Assembly: GCA_017654855.1 (NCBI GenBank)
Contig: CM030335.1
Coordinates: 2,046,001-2,110,000, forward strand
Source of the DNA: Podospora anserina
Taxonomy: Eukaryota
Direction: 5' to 3'
Length of the DNA stretch: 64,000 nt
In this document: positions 59,662 through 64,000 of the stretch, one piece after another
How the letters are laid out: each line of letters starts with the position of its first letter
Position numbering within the stretch: position 1 is the stretch's first letter
Translations under genes and position numbers: made by a program
Notes under the pieces: generated by a model
Databases searched by the model: none
What the model saw: the letters and a program-made list of their open reading frames with translations, nothing else
Told to the model about the DNA's origin: nothing

Positions 59662-61107
59662 TGGGGGGTGTTTAAGCATTGGTATTATCTGGGAAGGGTA
59701 AGGGCAGGGGAGGGATGGGGTTATTGATACCACGGCGTTTTTTTGTTTGAAGCGAGGGAATATTATTATTATACATTTGATGTTTGGGTTCGTTTTCTTT
59801 TCAGGAGGGGGGTGGAAGGAAGGCCTGTGTGCGTGCGTATTGCTTTGAACTATTTACACAATTGTACTTTTAACCACTTTTGTTCGAGGGTTGTGTGGTA
59901 GAGGTTCTTTTCTTAAAAGATATTTGAGGAAGCTGAAAGGTTGTGAACAGCAGGTTAGACAAGAGCGTTTGAACAAGAATAATAGCTGTCCACTACGTAG
60001 ATGTCTCTCAGGTACCTGCCCTCCACGACGTGGCCATGCCAGGATCACAGATCGTGTGGCATTCGAGATAGCAACATTTACGTCATGGCCGTCCACCTTC
60101 AGGTGGTTCCTCTATGATGTGCTGCCCAGAGTAGTCTAGCGCAGGCTGGAGGCTTTCTGGAATGTCTTGGCATGCTTCAACACTGCAGCAGCCGCCACTT
60201 GCACTTGAAGCCTTTTTTGTTGTTGTCAACTGCCTGTCAGCTTCATATAGAGTTTTGTTGGAGGCAGAAAGGTCCGAGTTAAGGTCTGATGAAGATCCGC
60301 TGAGGGCTTGTCTAGATTTTCCGAGGCGCAAAGGTTGGCGTTGAACTTGTGTTATGCTGGAATCTCGGTAAATGGCCGACAGATCTCCTGTATATCCACT
60401 CTGTTGTCATCTCTCCAATCTTGAAATTGGAAAGCGCGAGATACAATTTCATCTTTTCTCATCTTTTCCTTGTGCCGCTGATGATTGTTTGAAGTTGGCA
60501 GAGGATACAGTGCCAATTTGCAATTGAGTTTCCAGGTAGTCCGTGGGGATTTGTTTCTTTTTTTTTCTTTTTTTTCTCTTTTTTTTTTGAGCAGTTGGAA
60601 CAAGCTCTCCCCCTCTTCACATACATCAATCAGGTCTCACACACCACACGCAGCTCCAACCACCGAGCGCACGCCACTCCCAACATACGGTACCTAACCT
60701 ACCTAAACAGTGCGAATCAGGGGCTGAAGGAGAAGGCGAAAAAGCTTAACGTGGGTTGCACAATTACTTGTTGCTACCGACACGATCGCAGGTCCCTACT
60801 GTCTCCTATAATCGCAGCGTACCAACTGACGCTCTTCGCCTTACCAAGACCTACTATCCCCTGAACTTGGAAGGTTGGTGGCGCGTCCTTTTAGAGGTTA
60901 CCGCTCACACAATCGGCTGCCAAGCTCCCGTCGGCACCACCCAGCATCCCTCCCCCGGCCGGCGACACGCACCACCCACTGCTTGCTGCTACTTACCACC
61001 ACCACTTCTCAGTTTCCTAGCTTTCTTCCCTTTGCGACATTACCGGCCTCCCACTCTCTCGACATCCGCTACCGCCGGGTCTTCTTCTTCACACACCGAC
61101 GCCCAAC

Positions 61108-62728
61108 ATGTCGAAAGTCATTCGCAGCGTCAAGAATGTCACCAAGGGTTATTCCAGCGTCCAGGTCAAGGTGCGCGAAGGTGGGTTCCCTCTTCCCTCG
61201 TCAACGTCGTCCCAAACTGCGCCGTATCATGCGCGCAAATCGAACCCGGCCCGTTAACTAATCTTCCGGCAATGCAGCGACCAGCAATGACCCATGGGGA
61301 CCGACAGGAACACAGATGAGCGAGATCGCTCAGTTGACGTACAATTCGTGAGTGCATACGCAACCTCACCGGTGCCGGCCGCTGGCTGTGCTAGCACAAG
61401 GTGTCTCCAACCACCAATTTTGCTGACACAACCCCCGACAGGTCAACCGAGTTTTACGAGATTATGGACATGCTCGACAAGCGGCTCAATGATAAGGGCA
61501 AGAACTGGCGACACGTGCTCAAGGCGCTCAAGGTTATGGACTATTGCCTGCACGAGGGCTCCGAGCTGGTTGTGACGTGGGCCAAGCAGAATATCTTTAT
61601 CATCAAGACGCTGCGCGAGTTTATCTACATTGATGAGGAGGGCAAGGATGTGGGAGCGAATGGTGGGTGGCTTTGGAAATGCTTCTGTCGTTTTTTGCCG
61701 GGGATGGGTTGGCTGACTGACTTTGATTTTGGATAGTTCGCATTGCCGCAAAGGAGCTGTCTGCGCTGATCGCTGACGAGGAGAGACTGAGAGCCGAGCG
61801 AGCCGATAGGAGGATCTGGAAGTCTCGTGTCAATGGCCTCGAGGAATACGCCCCCCAGCAGAGCAGGGAAGAGCGGCAACCCCGCCGCGAGCGACGACAG
61901 CTGACCGATGAGGAGGACACCGAGTACAGGCTGGCGATCGAGGCCAGCAAGGCCCAAGAGGAGGAGGATAGGAGAAAGCGCGAGAGCCGGAACGTGGATG
62001 AGGACGATGACGATCTGGCCAAGGCGATCAAGCTCAGCAAGGAGGAAGAGGAAAGACGGCGACGGGAACTGGAGTCGACCAATGCTGCCGCTCTGTTTGA
62101 TGACGCACCGACGCCAACGGCTCAGCCTCAGTTCACCGGGTTCAACCAGGGCTATCAGCAGGGGAGCGCGGTTGACTTTTTTGCCAACCCGATTGATCAG
62201 AGCCAGATGCAGATGCAGCCAACGGGCTATGTACAGAACGCGTTTACCGGGTACGGGGTTCAGCAGCCGCAGCCAACTGGCTATCAGAATGGCTTCCAGA
62301 ACGGGTTTGGCCAGCAGCCAAATGCTTTTGACCCGTACGGTCAACAGCAGCAGCAACAGCAGGCTTTCCAGCCCCAGCCGACGGGTTACAACCCTTACCT
62401 TCAGCAGCAACAGCAGCAGCCGTTCCAGCAGCAGCAAACATCCCAGCAGTTCCTGACACCACAGGTTCAAGAGAACACTCTCCAGCCAGGTAGCAATAAC
62501 CCCTGGGCCAGCAACCACAGCACCGGTCTTCAGGCCATGAAGCCCACGCCCACAGGTTCAAACAACCCCTTTGCCCAGCGACCATCCTCCGCATTCAAGG
62601 CCACCTCCTCGCTGGGTAGCCTCCCAGAGCAAAAGACGCTCTCAACCTTTAGCTCCTTCACATCGCAGCCAGCATCGCAGTCTCAGCCTCAGTTCCAGTC
62701 TCAGCCCTCGTTCCAACTGCAGCCACCT

Positions 62729-62759
<31 letters not shown>

Positions 62760-63118
62760 CCCAGAGGGAGATGACGGAGCACGAGGCGAGACTGAACGCG
62801 CTATTGAGTACGGGCGAGGGTTTGGATACGTTTGGTAACACGGGTAACCTGAGGATTCCGGCGCAGCATACGGCTCCGGGGGTGTTTGTTAACAGTGCGG
62901 GGGCTGGGTTGGGAAGGATGACGGCTGATCAGACGGGGAGTAATCCGTTCTTGAGGCAGCAGTTCACGGGGATGCCGACGGTTAGTTATGGTGGTGGGGG
63001 ACAGCAGCAGCAGACGGGGCCTGGGGCGTTTGGTGGGGTGGGGGGAGGGGCGAACAACCCTTTTGCGCAGAGGAGTGGAGGACAGCAACAGCAGCAGGGG
63101 GATTTGATTCAGTTTTAA
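61108..63118 (+). CDS. Epsin (ENTH domain, UIMs, NPF motifs, C-terminal clathrin-box-like DLIQF). Introns 61181..61277, 61348..61441, 61663..61736
   Basis: MSKVIRSVKNVTKGYS..VREATSNDPWGPTG, NWRHVLKAL, LAIEASK and LAKAIKLSKEEE UIMs, NPF repeats. Confidence 0.94.
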
Positions 63119-64000
63119 GGGGGGTGAAGAGGGGGTAGAAGGGAAAGAATGAAGAGTCTGAAGAGTGAGGATGATGAGAGAGAAGCAAGGGGAGGGTGGA
63201 GTAATTGGGGTGGGGGGCGGTTGAGTATAGTTTCGATGGGGACGGTATTTGTTAGGTTGGTTTTGGTGGGTTTGAGGGAACAGAAAAGAGGAGTGGGAAA
63301 GGGGTAGGGTAGGGGTTGGAAGAAAGAAGTTTGAGTGTTGTGGATGTTTGATGTGGATGTTGACGTGGTGAAGTGGTGGTGGTGGTGGTGGTGGTGATGG
63401 ATGGATTGATTTACTTAGGCAACCTATTTTTTTGTCCTTTTCTTTTTCTTCTTCTTCTATCATTCGGAACATTGAGCTTCAGATTTTGAGTGTTTGTGTG
63501 ATACAAATGGTGGTGTTTCTGTGTCTTGTGTGAAGTTTATCGTGATGTAAAGGTATACGCAGGTAGGTCAAAAGTCCATGTTAGAAAGTTTGGTTGGACG
63601 GCTCTGTTGTGTCAAGGCTGGTTGGCTTTGAAAGGGCAGTAAGAGGGAGAGCAATGTGATATGTGCGAGAGGTGGAATATGGATATGTTGAAAAGTGAAG
63701 GGTGACAACCATATATATTTATAGCAGAGACCCCAGACTTGAAAGAGGTTGTAACACGTCTTGAGGTGGGCTGTTTTATTGTACATGGACAAGTCTCATA
63801 TGATTTTGGTCACTGCCTGATTTCACAACGAACCTACCTATTTCACACCGAGTTGTCAACTGAGAGGTGTGGAATTGTGGCATGCTTTACGAAAAGACAG
63901 TAGACAAACGGAACAAAGGCCTGGTGTGTCTGGGGGATTTATAGTCTTTCCTGGAAGCAGGCAGCTGTGTGATTCATCAGGGGTAAAGGTCTAAAACTGA

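Overview
Gene-dense, intron-containing eukaryotic DNA from a filamentous ascomycete. It is Sordariales-like; gene style and the C-rich 5'/G-rich 3' gene skew suggest Podospora or a relative (inference). The window holds 22 protein-coding genes: BFR2 (partial), IND1, a small membrane protein, PAB1, a HECT E3, PTPA, GH125 and GH92 mannosidases, EFM7, a SNF2 ATPase, YRB30, eRF3/SUP35, an SDR, a mitochondrial carrier, PAN2, a P450, an ornithine-cyclodeaminase-like gene, beta-carbonic anhydrase, RPL8/L7a, NCS6, NDUFA1, SAS3 and epsin. There is also one tRNA-Gly(TCC). The most notable non-coding signal is the ~2 kb gap between the SNF2 gene and YRB30, which looks like a telomerase RNA (TER) gene. 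It has a CAACCCTAACCCT template flanked by hairpins, a long-range enclosing helix, crossing helices, and a three-way junction resembling vertebrate CR4/5-P6.1. Other observations: clustering of eRF3, PABP and PAN2; a prion-like eRF3 N-domain; two 21-bp minisatellites bracketing a divergent mannosidase pair; an in-frame open extension after the PAN2 stop; and several micro-exons. All splice sites and helices were found by eye.
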